A stretch of 64,000 nt of DNA from Squalus acanthias (Eukaryota), in the NCBI GenBank assembly GCA_030390025.1, contig CM059437.1:86304001-86368000 (forward strand), written 5' to 3'. The notes under the pieces were generated by a model. That model had not been told where the DNA came from. It saw only the letters and a program-made list of their open reading frames with translations, and did not search any database. The translations under genes and the position numbers were made by a program. Positions 26,746-37,710 of the stretch are shown here, one piece after another; position 1 is the first letter of the stretch, and each line of letters opens with the position of its first letter.

Positions 26746-27060
26746 CAAAAGCAAAATACTGCAGATGCTGGAAATCTAATGAAAACAAAGAATGCTGGTA
26801 AACCCTCAGCAGGTGTGGAGAGAGAAACAGAGTTAACATTTCAGGTTGATGACCTTTCGTCAGAACTGGAAGACGTTGGAGATTAACAGTTGTCAAGCAA
26901 ATAGAGATGGGGGGAGGGCAGGGAAAAAAGAAATGGGGAAGGTCTGTGATGGGGTGGAGGGCAGGAGTGATTGGTGCAACCAAAAGGGGGTGACAATGGG
27001 ACAAGTAACAAAAGATGGATGCAGAGGAGGTGTAAATGGTTACAGTAGAATAGCCGAGGG
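26746..27060 (-). mobile_element. Retroelement terminal fragment (same family as 25165-25510, inverted)
   Basis: gcaaaatactgcagatgctggaaatc..tgtggagagagaaacagagttaacatttcaggttgatgacc is the reverse complement of the 25380-25510 motif. Confidence 0.7.
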
Positions 27061-27679
27061 GAGGGAAGAGTGGAAAATCTGGCAAAGTGGGGATGACTCC
27101 CGTGGCCCAGGAACTTGATCTTGATTCCCCGAATTTAGTGTCACAGAAGAGCAACTAGTATGAGTCAAATTTACTGGTGGAGTTGTACGTTTTATTCTTT
27201 TGAATTGATGAGTCACTCTTAGATATGTGGAAGGTGTTTGATTTTGTGCAGTCGAAGATCATGCTTTGAATGGGAAATAAAAACAGAAAATGCTGTTTCA
27301 GGTCGATGACCTTTCTTCAGAATGCTTTGGATGGGAATATGCTTGTATTTTTTTTAAACTATAGCTGTGGTGCACTTGCGCTGTACTGACACTGTGGGAA
27401 TTTAAATATTTGTGGCTCCGTTTCATTGTGTTGACCATTTGTTCAATATAGTTTTACTTTGAATTGTAAGCCGTATATTCCATTTCAACTTCAGGTTGTT
27501 TCGCACTGTATATTATTGCTTTTATTCTGATACCCTTACCCCTGAAAACAATGTTGGTTCTGTTCTTTCATTGAACTAATGATACACCAGTGGTTGCCAC
27601 CTGCTGGATTATTGAGTTCCTACAGCTGAATTACAAAGCTGAGAAAGAAACGGCCAAGTACGCTAGTTGTAGATGTTTC

Positions 27680-29400
27680 ATTATTTTCCTTTCTTCTAGT
27701 TTTCTTCCTTCCTCTCCCGAAGGCAATGATTCCTTGCTGAGGTCAGTCACTGCCTGATATCTCAGCCAAATGGCCATTTGTCAAGCATGAATCTAGACAG
27801 TGATGGGAAGTTGTTCAGCAGTTGTGTCCTCACTAAGTCCACATACGTGCACTTCCAGTGAGTGTAGTTGGATAGCGCTCATGAGAGTGACCTTTATATT
27901 TTATATGCTCTAAGCACAATTTAGCACGTTACTTATTGAAGGAGCAAAACAATATTCTTTGGGGAAGTATTTATAATAAAGTACTTACCCCACTATGTAT
28001 TAGCTTTTGTTAGAAAAATCTTCTAAACACGAGAAGTTAGTCACTGGCACTGCAGTACCTATATCATTGGGCCCAGGTAATAGCAATACTTAGTATTGCA
28101 TTAGTTAATGGCTTACACTTTGGATCAGCAGGCTGACTGCATCTGTTGCTGATGTCAGCTGAGCACGTGTGAGGATCACAACCTGATCAAAAATGTCCGT
28201 CAGTCTTGTGCTACCAATATCTCTCAACATTTATGGTCTTCACCCCTATTTTTCTTGATCCTCAAATTACTGGCACTGGTTGGCAGCCCTCCACCACCTC
28301 GCCCATGTGGTTATTCTTTATATGTGAGCTTTGATTACATTTGCCAGCAGACTGTTCAACTGTGGGATATGCACCAGTGAAACCAATTCTGTTCTCTCCC
28401 AACGTCTCTGCAGAAACATTTTCTAGAAGAAATCACGAGATCAGAAGTGGGGAAACTTGTATGGATTTCTCCACCTGCTCCTCGGCATTGAGGTGCTGAG
28501 ACCATTTGCTGCCCTCACTGAGATTAGCTAACTCAACCCAGCCCAGAAACCCAACTTGAGACATCCTGGTTTATATGGCTTAGTGCTACACCAGGACTTG
28601 CATTTGCAGTGCTTTTAATAAAAAGGTACCTTGTACATTAAGTGAGAAGAAAAATCAGTAGTATTTTGGGTAAAGGGCAGCTGAGATACTCCAAGATACC
28701 TGTTGCATTATCTTTAGGGTAAATGCATATTGAAATTATACAGAAGATATCGAAAGAAACTCATTCAACATGAATAGTGAGGCCTTCCTGACAAAAATCC
28801 TATAATTGTGGAACATATCATGTGTACACTGTTATCTGAACCCTTGCTTTGGATACATTCTGAGGTTTTGCATAGTTTTTTTTCAGATAAGCTCTCCCAC
28901 TGGAACGGTACCATCCAAATTTATACACTCTGTACTATTGACGCCAGCCGACAGGAAGGAAGGGAGGGAGGGTTTTAATGAGAACTGTTATTAAGTGTCA
29001 CACTCCTGTCTTTATGTATGTATATATACTCAACTGTCTTCTCTCTTCCTTCTTCCTCCTTCACCAGATTTCTGCTGGGGTACAGTATCGCACACATCAG
29101 CAATTCTCTGGTACCTCAGCAAGTGGCCATTCTTCATCTATGAGCTCAGACATTTTATGTTAACGGACTATTTGGCCGCTGAAAGCACCACAGGCAGCCT
29201 TGAGCTTGTCTTCACCCACTCTCCAGCAGGTGTCACTGGATAGCAGCTGGGAGTGGGGACCCTGGTTAATTTCTCTCCCCTCGCCCCCCCCCCCCCCCCC
29301 GCTCCCAAGGCTTTGCGGCCATTTGCAACATGCCACCCTGGTTGAGATCAGATAGTTTTACACAGACTTATGATCAAAGGTCGACTTCCTTAGTCAGTAT
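27680..29400 (-). mobile_element. Cluster of three SINE family A copies (about 27680-27890, 28240-28600, 29040-29400)
   Basis: Recurrent cctca/g.ccaagtggccatt, gtcactggatagc and gagat.agctaactca motifs. Confidence 0.65.
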
Positions 29401-29669
29401 TGCTCAACATCCTTAAGTCAGTATTGCTCAATTCCATGCTACATCTTGTACTTACCAGCTGAATATTGGGGCCAAATGACATTTTTATGGTGAAATGTGT
29501 CTACAAAGTATGCAGGAGTTATTCAAAATAAATCGGAGATCAGCATATAAGTTTGATTTCATGCCGTTGGTGCTTCAGCCATGTTATTAAGTGTTTGTAA
29601 TCTTATTGTATAGACTAATCAATAAATATCTTTGCACTTCTTTCTTGAATGCAACTCTTGGGATAAAAG

Positions 29670-29675
29670 GCACCT
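29670..29675 (+). CDS. GIT2: Candidate 6-nt GIT2 microexon (GCACCT)
   Basis: Branch-point-like ctaat at 29615, then an AG-free pyrimidine/TGC stretch, first AG at 29668-69, then GCACCT|gtaagt. It is frame-preserving in the phase-2 intron (ADSSLDL becomes ADRHLSLDL). There is no transcript evidence here. Confidence 0.6.
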
Positions 29676-30400
29676 GTAAGTAATGCATAACAAAATAGCT
29701 CCTTCTCGGCCTGATAGTTGAAGATCAGTGTTATATGTGCTAGGATACTTCTTTTAAAACTGAAATGTCATTGTTACAGTACGGTATGTTGTGAGCCTGA
29801 TGTTTAACCTGAGCCTATGACCCTAACCTCAAATTTTGTCATTGTGGTGATTGAACTTTCTTGAGTTGGATTAAAGATCAGGCATCTCAGCCTAATGAGA
29901 ATGTGATGATCTGTTTAGCCACTGACTGTCTGCTTTGCACTGATGATATCAGACATTGTTTTGAAGGTTGCTGATACGCAGCACTTTTATATTAAGAACC
30001 AAATGAGCACGCAGCACACTAAAGTATTCACTTAAAATTCTGAACTAGTATAGTATCATATGCTAGATCAGTGTTGCCATATTGACGCACGTATAGCCCA
30101 CCTCTGCATATTAGCTGCACCCCAAACTGGATCCCCCCCTTGCCACCAGGAAAAGTTATTACGATATACACAACCCACACCTCTAAATTTAGACTTTTTT
30201 TAAAATATGGCCTTACAGTAATTTTTTTTGTCACAGGCCACATCGCAAGCACTTGATGGCCATTCTCAGCAATGCTCCAACACATGACACCATGGAGGGA
30301 TAGGCTGGCCCTTCGATTTCCCTTAAGTTGAGCTCCTGGGGCAATGCTTGGAGCAGCAGCTCTGTTGACTGCCACAGTGACAGATGAGATGGGTCACAAG

Positions 30401-30563
30401 CAATGTTCCCTTTAATTTTTTTTTTGGGTGTGTGGCCCTTTTAACAGGCTGCATGGCCCATTCAAATTTCCGCGGATGTGCGGTTTTTCCATTCAAAAGC
30501 CGGTGACCGGCCTGCGCGGAACCTCCAGAGTGCTGGCAGCCACGCAGCTTAATGGCAACATTG
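30401..30563. mobile_element. hAT-type MITE
   Basis: TIRs CAATGTTCCCTTTAA / TTAATGGCAACATTG (13/15); 8-bp TSD gtcacaag / gccacaag (7/8). Confidence 0.8.
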
Positions 30564-31155
30564 GCCACAAGTACTGCCTCCAGCAGCCCATATTATGAGT
30601 AACACTGTCCTGGATGAGCTTGTGACTTCATGGGATCTCTGGTTGTCATAGCAATCAAGACACCAAATCACAGCATTGAAGACCATCAAATATAACTCAG
30701 CAATAATATAAAATATTGCATCCTTGTGATATTGTTGCATTTGATTTGGGAGGAAGAATTGGGTCTGTACCACAGGACTGTTGTCCCTTTGAGGACACCG
30801 GAATCACACTGGGGTACAATTCCAAGAGTGTAGCACTCCACAGTTGCTCCAGCTGAGATAAGCTAATAGATCAGAAAATCAGAGATCTAACCTGGGATGT
30901 TCCTCGCCTATATGGTTCTGTACCAAACCAGGCTGTGAACTTGTACACTGAGCCGTCTGGGAGTATCACCTTACTTTTTCTTGAACAATGCCCACTTCAT
31001 AGCTTTAAATGGCTTCATGACTTAACCAAGTTTGCCAAAACCTGCTGGCTGCACTGGTTTGGAAATCACTATCACAGAAAACCGTTTAAAATATCATGCT
31101 GCTCATTGTTTATGTTACTTCATTAATAATGGTGTTCTTTATCCTCTGTCTTCAG

Positions 31156-31207
31156 CAGTTTAGATTTGTCAGAACTCGCGAAGGCAGCAAAGAAAAAGCT
31201 TCAGTCA
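31156..31207 (+). CDS. GIT2: GIT2 exon 9 (NAGNAG acceptor)
   Basis: ttcag|cag ... |gtaagt; 52 nt; (S)SLDLSELAKAAKKKLQS. Confidence 0.96.
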
Positions 31208-31854
31208 GTAAGTTTTCTTGGCCTAACTGATGTGTCTTGTGGCAGAATATAAAACTGGCATACCAAGAGCCTGAATTTGAATCCTAGCCTCAAAAATATT
31301 ATACTAACGGGCCTATTGCACGTATGTTTGGGAAGATTTGGTTTCCTGTGCACGTTCCTCATCAAGAACTACGTATCCTCATTCACACTGCACTCCGTAT
31401 CCTGCAGATCAGGTTCCCAGTGAATGCAAATGGATCCTCGAGAAGCTGGTTGAAAATGTTTAATTACTTCGCACATTGCGCAGCGAGAACTAGAAGTGCC
31501 TGGTGCTCGGTAATATGTGCAATTTTAGTGCTGCATTTACCATTTGGCCTGATCAGTTTTCCTGCTGATGGTGTCACAGTGATCATATTTAGATCGTTAC
31601 ATATTTTCTCTTTCACTTTGTGGTGCATAATGTGAAGACCTTGATAAGTACTGGATAGAAGGGATTTCAACTTCTACCAGACATAATTCCAAACAGGATA
31701 TGTATGTCGAACAACGTATTTAAAAGTAACTCCACCATCCGCCTCTCCCTCCCTTCTTCCACAGAACCATCGAGATCTCGCCGTGGGTGGAAATAGAAGT
31801 AGTCATAATTCCACCTTCCCATAGCCAGTTCCTCAGGACTGGTCCAGTAGTCAT

Positions 31855-32180
31855 GAATACTGATGTAGTGCTTTTCTTTCACATTCATCAGGTGCTCATT
31901 GATGCCTTTTTGGCAGGTTATTTAATTTCACGAATCTGATTGCACAAGTCCTGCGCCAGTAGTGACAGTGCCTCATCTGCCTGGCTGTACCAGAAGAATG
32001 TGTAGCTGGCATCATGTCCACAGTTACTTCTCTCTAGCCCAGCTGGTCTCACTCTGTGCAGGAATGTTAGTGTCATGGTGAGCCAGTTCTTGTGTCACCA
32101 AGGCAGTTTTCCACTCTGGCCCTTTCTGTATCATCTTTCATCAAGAAGCGTTATGATATTCCAGGAAACCAGAGTCATGA
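31855..32180 (-). mobile_element. RTE-clade LINE remnant (N-terminal AP endonuclease)
   Basis: Manual translation across frameshifts gives MTLVSWNIITLLD / PEWKTALVTQELAHHDTNIPAQSET / DASYTFFW / NLPK-GINEHLM. This follows the RTE endonuclease pattern WNVRTLLD..PERRTALVARELARY.IDIAALSET..YTFFW..LP.GINDRLM. Confidence 0.75.
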
Positions 32181-33213
32181 TTTTTTTATTGCATGCTTTA
32201 TGACCAAAGTGTAAAAAGTGGCCTATATCCATAGTTAGATGGTCTGGCTTGACTGTCAAGAGGCCGGAATTGTTGCCACCTTTTCTAGCCTATTCCCTGT
32301 GTGGGGTGATGAGTGCAAACGTTAAAGAAGATCGCTTAGTCATTTGGGATGTGCCCCAGGCAACCAATCACTTGCATTCAGGTTTGCAGGTATGGCTCCA
32401 ACATCACCACGTCTGTTAGTTCACCACTCGGATAGCATTGTCGGGCCTCTATCTCCTCCTCCAGTAAAAAAAAAAGAAAATGGGTTTTAGTGAAATTAGT
32501 TTGCACTGAGCCATTAGTACACTCATCCCTCAGTTTGTGCTGCCAAGACAGGGAGGTTGACAAACTTTAAATGCAGTCTGTGAGGTTTGACACAGAATCT
32601 CTAAGCCCACTTCACCTTGTGGTATAGCAGTAGGCGCTGTTGTAGCTGGGGTCTGCGGATTCTCTATTTCCGTAGCCTTAAATTTCAGCCCCGATGCAGG
32701 ATGGTCAGATTGTGCATGGGTGGTGACCAATTTCTCCCAACCATTTCTGCTGTTTAACATGCCTCTTACCATTTGACCTTCCCAGCATGGATGATGTCAT
32801 TGGCAGCAAGGCTACCATTGGTATTGCTCTTCAAGTTAGGAGGCACACAAACTCCTTCCCTACACTTAGATTGCAGTCAAAAAGGTGAGGGAGGGAACGA
32901 TATGGAGATTTTGCTGGAAGCCAACCAGGAAGATTTCTTGCCAATTTCTTTTTTCGTAAGTCTTGGGAAAGATGAACTTGGAAGGAGTTAAACCAATCGT
33001 GATCTTTTAACTTAATATGTCTAGGTTCTTTTATTCAGTTCACAATTCCTTTTCATACTTCAAGCCTTTTTCAAACTGCCTCTCTGTAGTTTAATGTAGA
33101 ATGTATATTAAGTAGCATCTTAAACATTCTCAAAGCACTGTGAATGGTTTATGTAGTTGCACCTTAGTTACATTTTATCTCTGGAGTAGTAACATGTTCT
33201 TTCTGCTTTCTAG

Positions 33214-33286
33214 TTAAGTAATCACTTATTTGAGGAACTAGCTATGGATGTATATGATGAAGTAGATCGAAGGGAGACTGATGCAG
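33214..33286 (+). CDS. GIT2: GIT2 exon 10 (Spa2-homology domain repeat 1)
   Basis: ttctag| ... |gtgagg; 73 nt; LSNHLFEELAMDVYDEVDRRETDA. Confidence 0.97.
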
Positions 33287-35462
33287 GTGAGGATTGAGCT
33301 GTTAAGTGTAATCCAATATTGTGATACTTTAGCAATCTTGCTTGCTGTTCTGAAAAGGGAGTTCTGTTTTAGATAATCTATGCAAAATTCCCCTTGGCTC
33401 TTTTTAAAAAAAAAAGTTCACAGGTCTTTCTCATAGCCTGCTTGTTTTCTCAGAGCACAGCACGTCAAAGTTGTGGGGGAAGCAACCCAGTAGAAATGAT
33501 ACCAGAGCATCGGCGCCTCAACTTAGAACCTCCAATTTTTAGCTAACCTTTACTCCGAGCCTAAATCTTGTTCCTGGAGGATGAGTTTGCTGGTTTTAGC
33601 TGGGTCCGATGGGATAGGGCACCAGTTTTGGCTAAGGGGTCTTCTTTGTACTAACTGATCATGTCCCCTTGCAGGACAAACTAAAAATAAATTGACCTCT
33701 GTGGAAGAATGAAAAAAGTGCATTTATATTCTGCATAATTATTTCTCTTGCAAATGTGTCGAAGCATTTTGCATGCAGTGAATTTGTTTGTAATAAGGTG
33801 CCTGTGGCTATCTAAGCAACTGTAGCAGCCATTTTACGCAATAAACCACAATAAGATGAATGATCGTTTAACCTGGTTTTGTTGGTTGAGGGAGGAATGC
33901 TGGGCCAAGTCCCCAGGTTGGGATGTGTGAGTGAGCGAGAATATCTCCAATTTGATTGCTCACAGTAAGTCAGTGTAAACAGTCTTAGTTTGTAGTGTTG
34001 TCAGGTTCTCTCTGTGTGCCTGTCCTGTTTTGCCATTTGTCAATTCCCTATTCCACTCATTGCCACATCATGTAATAGAGTAATTAAAGTTGGTGCCCAG
34101 CAGTAAGTTGGAAACCATAATTATAAAGTGATCTGGAGTCTGAGATGCATTGAACCTGTGTCTACTAATGCTGTGTACATCTTCGTGCTCTATGCTGCCC
34201 ATTTCTGCATGACCACGTTATCCCAGCCATCTATGTATTGCCAAGACTTTGTGCTTCCCCACACCCTACAGCATTTATCTCTCCACTGACCATAGTATGG
34301 TAAGTAAGCTGGTTCCCAACACTAAGTTGAGAACCAGTAACTTATTTTTAAAGTGCTTATAATGCCAAAAACAATTCATTCGTTTCCAACTTAGTGAGGA
34401 AGTGAGATGGAGGGCCAGAGGTAAAGTTGCGAAGATGGTTAGTAGGAGCAGTGGAGGCTGGAGTCATGGGCAGCAGCTATCCAGAAGAGCGTGGTTGGCT
34501 CCAGCAAGAAGAGTGGGATCAGTAAAGTGGGGTGGAGGGGGGCCAGCAGCAATGTCAAAGTTACAGGCTGGTTGGGGCCTCTATCACTGTGTGCACATGG
34601 AGATGGCACTTTCAGGATAAGCTGGGTGGGGGCGCGGGGGATAGAGACTTAATTTGGAACAGTAGCATGGTTTGGGATGGCTGTCGGAGCATCAAGAGGA
34701 CACTTCCCCCTTTTTGAGGTGGAGAGAATGTACAGGTGGGAGAGCGTGGGCCTTGTAGAGATTCAGGTGGAGGGGAGCTGATGTATGGAGGAACTCCCAG
34801 TAGAGTTCGGGATCACTCAACTATTGCAACAGTAGAGCTGGGTGACTTGTGCAACAAGTGTTGGGAGGACTAAATACAAGCATTAGTGTTGCCTATTATA
34901 ATCCTGTTACACTAGGTATTATCAATGTTACAAAAGCATTACTATATTCTGACAACAGGAAATAGGTGTGACAGAGGAAAATTTAGGAATTTATATATTT
35001 ATTTATATTATTTAAGTAGCTTTCTAGATAACATGCATTTTCATGGATGTGAAGACACCTTCTTCATTCTGGTATAATGGGCACATAGTTGCACAAGGGA
35101 CCACAACAATAGTATCTTAAGTCACAAGTAAGCTGATTTATTAGTCGCTTTAATTTCTGTGACATGATCAGAACTCAAATCACATTAAATCTTGCAAGAG
35201 ATGGGTTAAAAATTAATTTATAATTTCCAATATAGTTAACATCCCTTTGCATTGATAGTGCTGGAGTGAGAGAAAGGAAAGCATGGTTTTATAGATCAGC
35301 TACTTTACAATTACGGAATCTACTTGGAATAGTCTCTGGATTTGGTTTTTGTACACTGAGATGCAATGATAAATATAGGCCAGAGTGGTTGCCTTGAGTT
35401 TCTATATTTTTTGCACACAACTGGATAAAAGTGTTCGAGTTAACTGATTTTTCTATGCACAG

Positions 35463-35560
35463 TTTGGCTGACAACTCAAAACCACAGCACCCTGGTAACT
35501 GAGACAACAGTCATTCCCTTCCTTCCTGTGAATCCAGAGTATTCGTCAACTAGGAATCAG
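35463..35560 (+). CDS. GIT2: GIT2 exon 11 (ends at a GC donor)
   Basis: gcacag| ... CAG|gcaagt; 98 nt; (V)WLTTQNHSTLVTETTVIPFLPVNPEYSSTRNQ. Confidence 0.95.
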
Positions 35561-35909
35561 GCAAGTTTTCAATAAATGCTTTGTTGCTGCAAGCACTGTA
35601 AAAGGGAGGAACTAGTCGGACAAATTGTCACATCATCTAGTTGATGTTATCTGTATGCTTACTTGTATCATTAAAAATAGAAAGTGTTAATGCAGCGCAA
35701 GTAAATCAGCTTGTGAAAGAGAAGAAATAGGTTAGCATTTAGAGTGGAGACCCTTTGTCAGTTCTACGAAAAGTCTCCACCTGTAATGTTAACCTGTCTT
35801 TCCAGATATTGCTGGATCTGCTGTGCATTACCAGCATTTTCTGTTTTAGATTTTCAGTATTAAGTGTTCCTTTTATCTCTAGTCTTCTGTTGCTAGGTTT
35901 TATACTTTT

Positions 35910-35981
35910 AAATTGTTGTCTGGAGGTAAATTGTTGTCTGGAGGTAAATTGTTGTCTGGAGGTAAATTGTTGTCTGGAGGT
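35910..35981 (+). repeat. Minisatellite, 4 x 18 bp (aaattgttgtctggaggt)
   Basis: Four perfect head-to-tail units with no spacers. Confidence 0.97.
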
Positions 35982-36067
35982 AATCTGGAAGCTAACATTT
36001 ACTTATCCATGATGTAAAGTCATGAAGTTCAGTTCTGGGGATTTGATTATCATAGAACTACTGTCTT

Positions 36068-37516
36068 CCTGCAGATTGGAGGGTGGCAAATGTAACCCCA
36101 CTATTTAAAAAAGGAGGGAGAGAGAAAACAAGGAACTACAGACCGGTTAGCCTAACACTACAATGCTAGAGTCTATTATAAAGGATGTGATAACGGGACA
36201 CTTAGAAAATATTAACGGGATTAAACAAAGTCAACATGGATTTATGAAAGGGAAATCGTGTTTGACAAACCTACTGGAGTTTTTTGAGGATGTAACTGGT
36301 AGAATAGATAAGGGAGAACCAGTGGATGTGGTGTATTTGGATTTTCAAGAAGGCCTTTGATAAAGTCCCACATAAGAGGTTAGTGTGCAAAATTAAAGCA
36401 CATGGAATTGGGGGTAATATACTGGCATGGATTGAAAATTGGTTAACAGACAAGAAACAGAGAGTAGGAATAAATGGGTCTTTTCGGGGTGACAGGTGGT
36501 GACTAGTGAGGTACCGCAGGGATCAGTGCTTGGGCCCCAGCTATTCACAATATATATCAATGATTTGGATGAGGGAACCAAATGTAATATTTCCAAGTTT
36601 GCTGACGACATGAAACTAGGTGGGATTGTGAGTTGTGAGGAGGATGCAAAGAGGCTTCAAGGCGATTTAGACAAGTTGAGTGAGTGGGCAAATACATGGC
36701 AGATGCAGTATAACGTGGATAAATGTGAAGTTATCCACTTCGGTAGGAAAAACAGAAAGGCAGAGTATTATTTAAATGGTGATAGATTGGGAAATGTTGA
36801 TGTACAAAGGGACCTGGGTGTCCTTGTACACCAGTCACTGAAAGCAAACATGCAGGTGCAGCAAGCAGTTAGGAAGGCAAATGGTATGTTGGCCCTCATT
36901 GCAAGAGGATTTGAGTACAGGAGCAAGGATGTCTTACTACAGTTATACAGGGCCTTGGTGAGACCACACCTGGAGTACTGTGCAGTTTTGGTCTCCTTAC
37001 CTAAGAAAGGATATACTTGCCATAGAGGGAGTGCAGCGAAGGTTCACCAGACTGATTCCTGGGATGGCAGGACTGTCGTATGAGGAGAGATTGGGTCGAC
37101 TAGGCCTGTATTCACTAGAGTTTAGAAGAATGAGAGGGGATCTCATTGAAACATATAAAATTCTGACAGGGCTAGACAGACTGGATGCAGGGAGGATGTT
37201 TCCCCTGGCTGGGGGGTCTAGAACCAGGGGTCACAGTCTCAGGATACGTGGTAGGACATTTAGGACTGAGATGAGGAGAAATTTCTTCACTGAGGGTGGT
37301 GAACCTGTGGAATTCTCTACCACAGAAGGCTGTGGCGGCCAAGTCACTGAATATATTTAAGAAGGAAATATAGATTTCTAGACACAAAAGGCATCAAGGG
37401 GTATGGGGAGAGAGCGGGAATCTGGTATTAAGATAGAGGATCAGCCATGATCATATTGAATGGCGGCGCAGGCTCGAAGGGCTGAATGGCCTACTCCTGC
37501 TCCTATTTTTCTATGT
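36068..37516 (+). mobile_element. CR1-clade LINE, 5'-truncated, about 1.45 kb
   Basis: ORF pieces [64 protein letters not shown]; CR1 3' tail ggcctactcctgctcctatt. Confidence 0.96.
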
Positions 37517-37598
37517 CTTCATTCATAACGTCACTGCTACTAAGATGTTGTACACATTCAGACTCTTATCTGTATTTTCCTTTTATTGTAAATTACAG

Positions 37599-37710
37599 GG
37601 AAGACAGAAGCTGGCCCGGTTTAACGCTCATGAGTTTGCCACTCTGGTCATTGATATTTTAAGTGATGCCAAACGGAGACAACTGGGGAATCCTGTCACT
37701 AGTCCTAAAG
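37599..37710 (+). CDS. GIT2: GIT2 exon 12 (Spa2-homology domain repeat 2)
   Basis: ttacag| ... |gtatgt; 112 nt; GRQKLARFNAHEFATLVIDILSDAKRRQLGNPVTSPK. Confidence 0.97.

Noticed and set aside
31667-31888. Protein-like antisense ORF (MNVKEKHYISIHDYW...)
   Set aside because: Its start is the tail of the decayed RTE endonuclease remnant; the remainder resembles nothing I recognise and has no clear gene structure.
35910-35981. CRISPR-like array
   Set aside because: The 18-bp units are directly adjacent with no spacers, there are no cas genes and the context is eukaryotic; it is a minisatellite.
36163-37360. Reverse-transcriptase ORFs as a functional RT system (also 6208-6916, 13674-15114, 26052-26495)
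   Set aside because: All are 5'-truncated, frameshifted CR1 copies with typical 3' tails; none encodes an intact ORF2.
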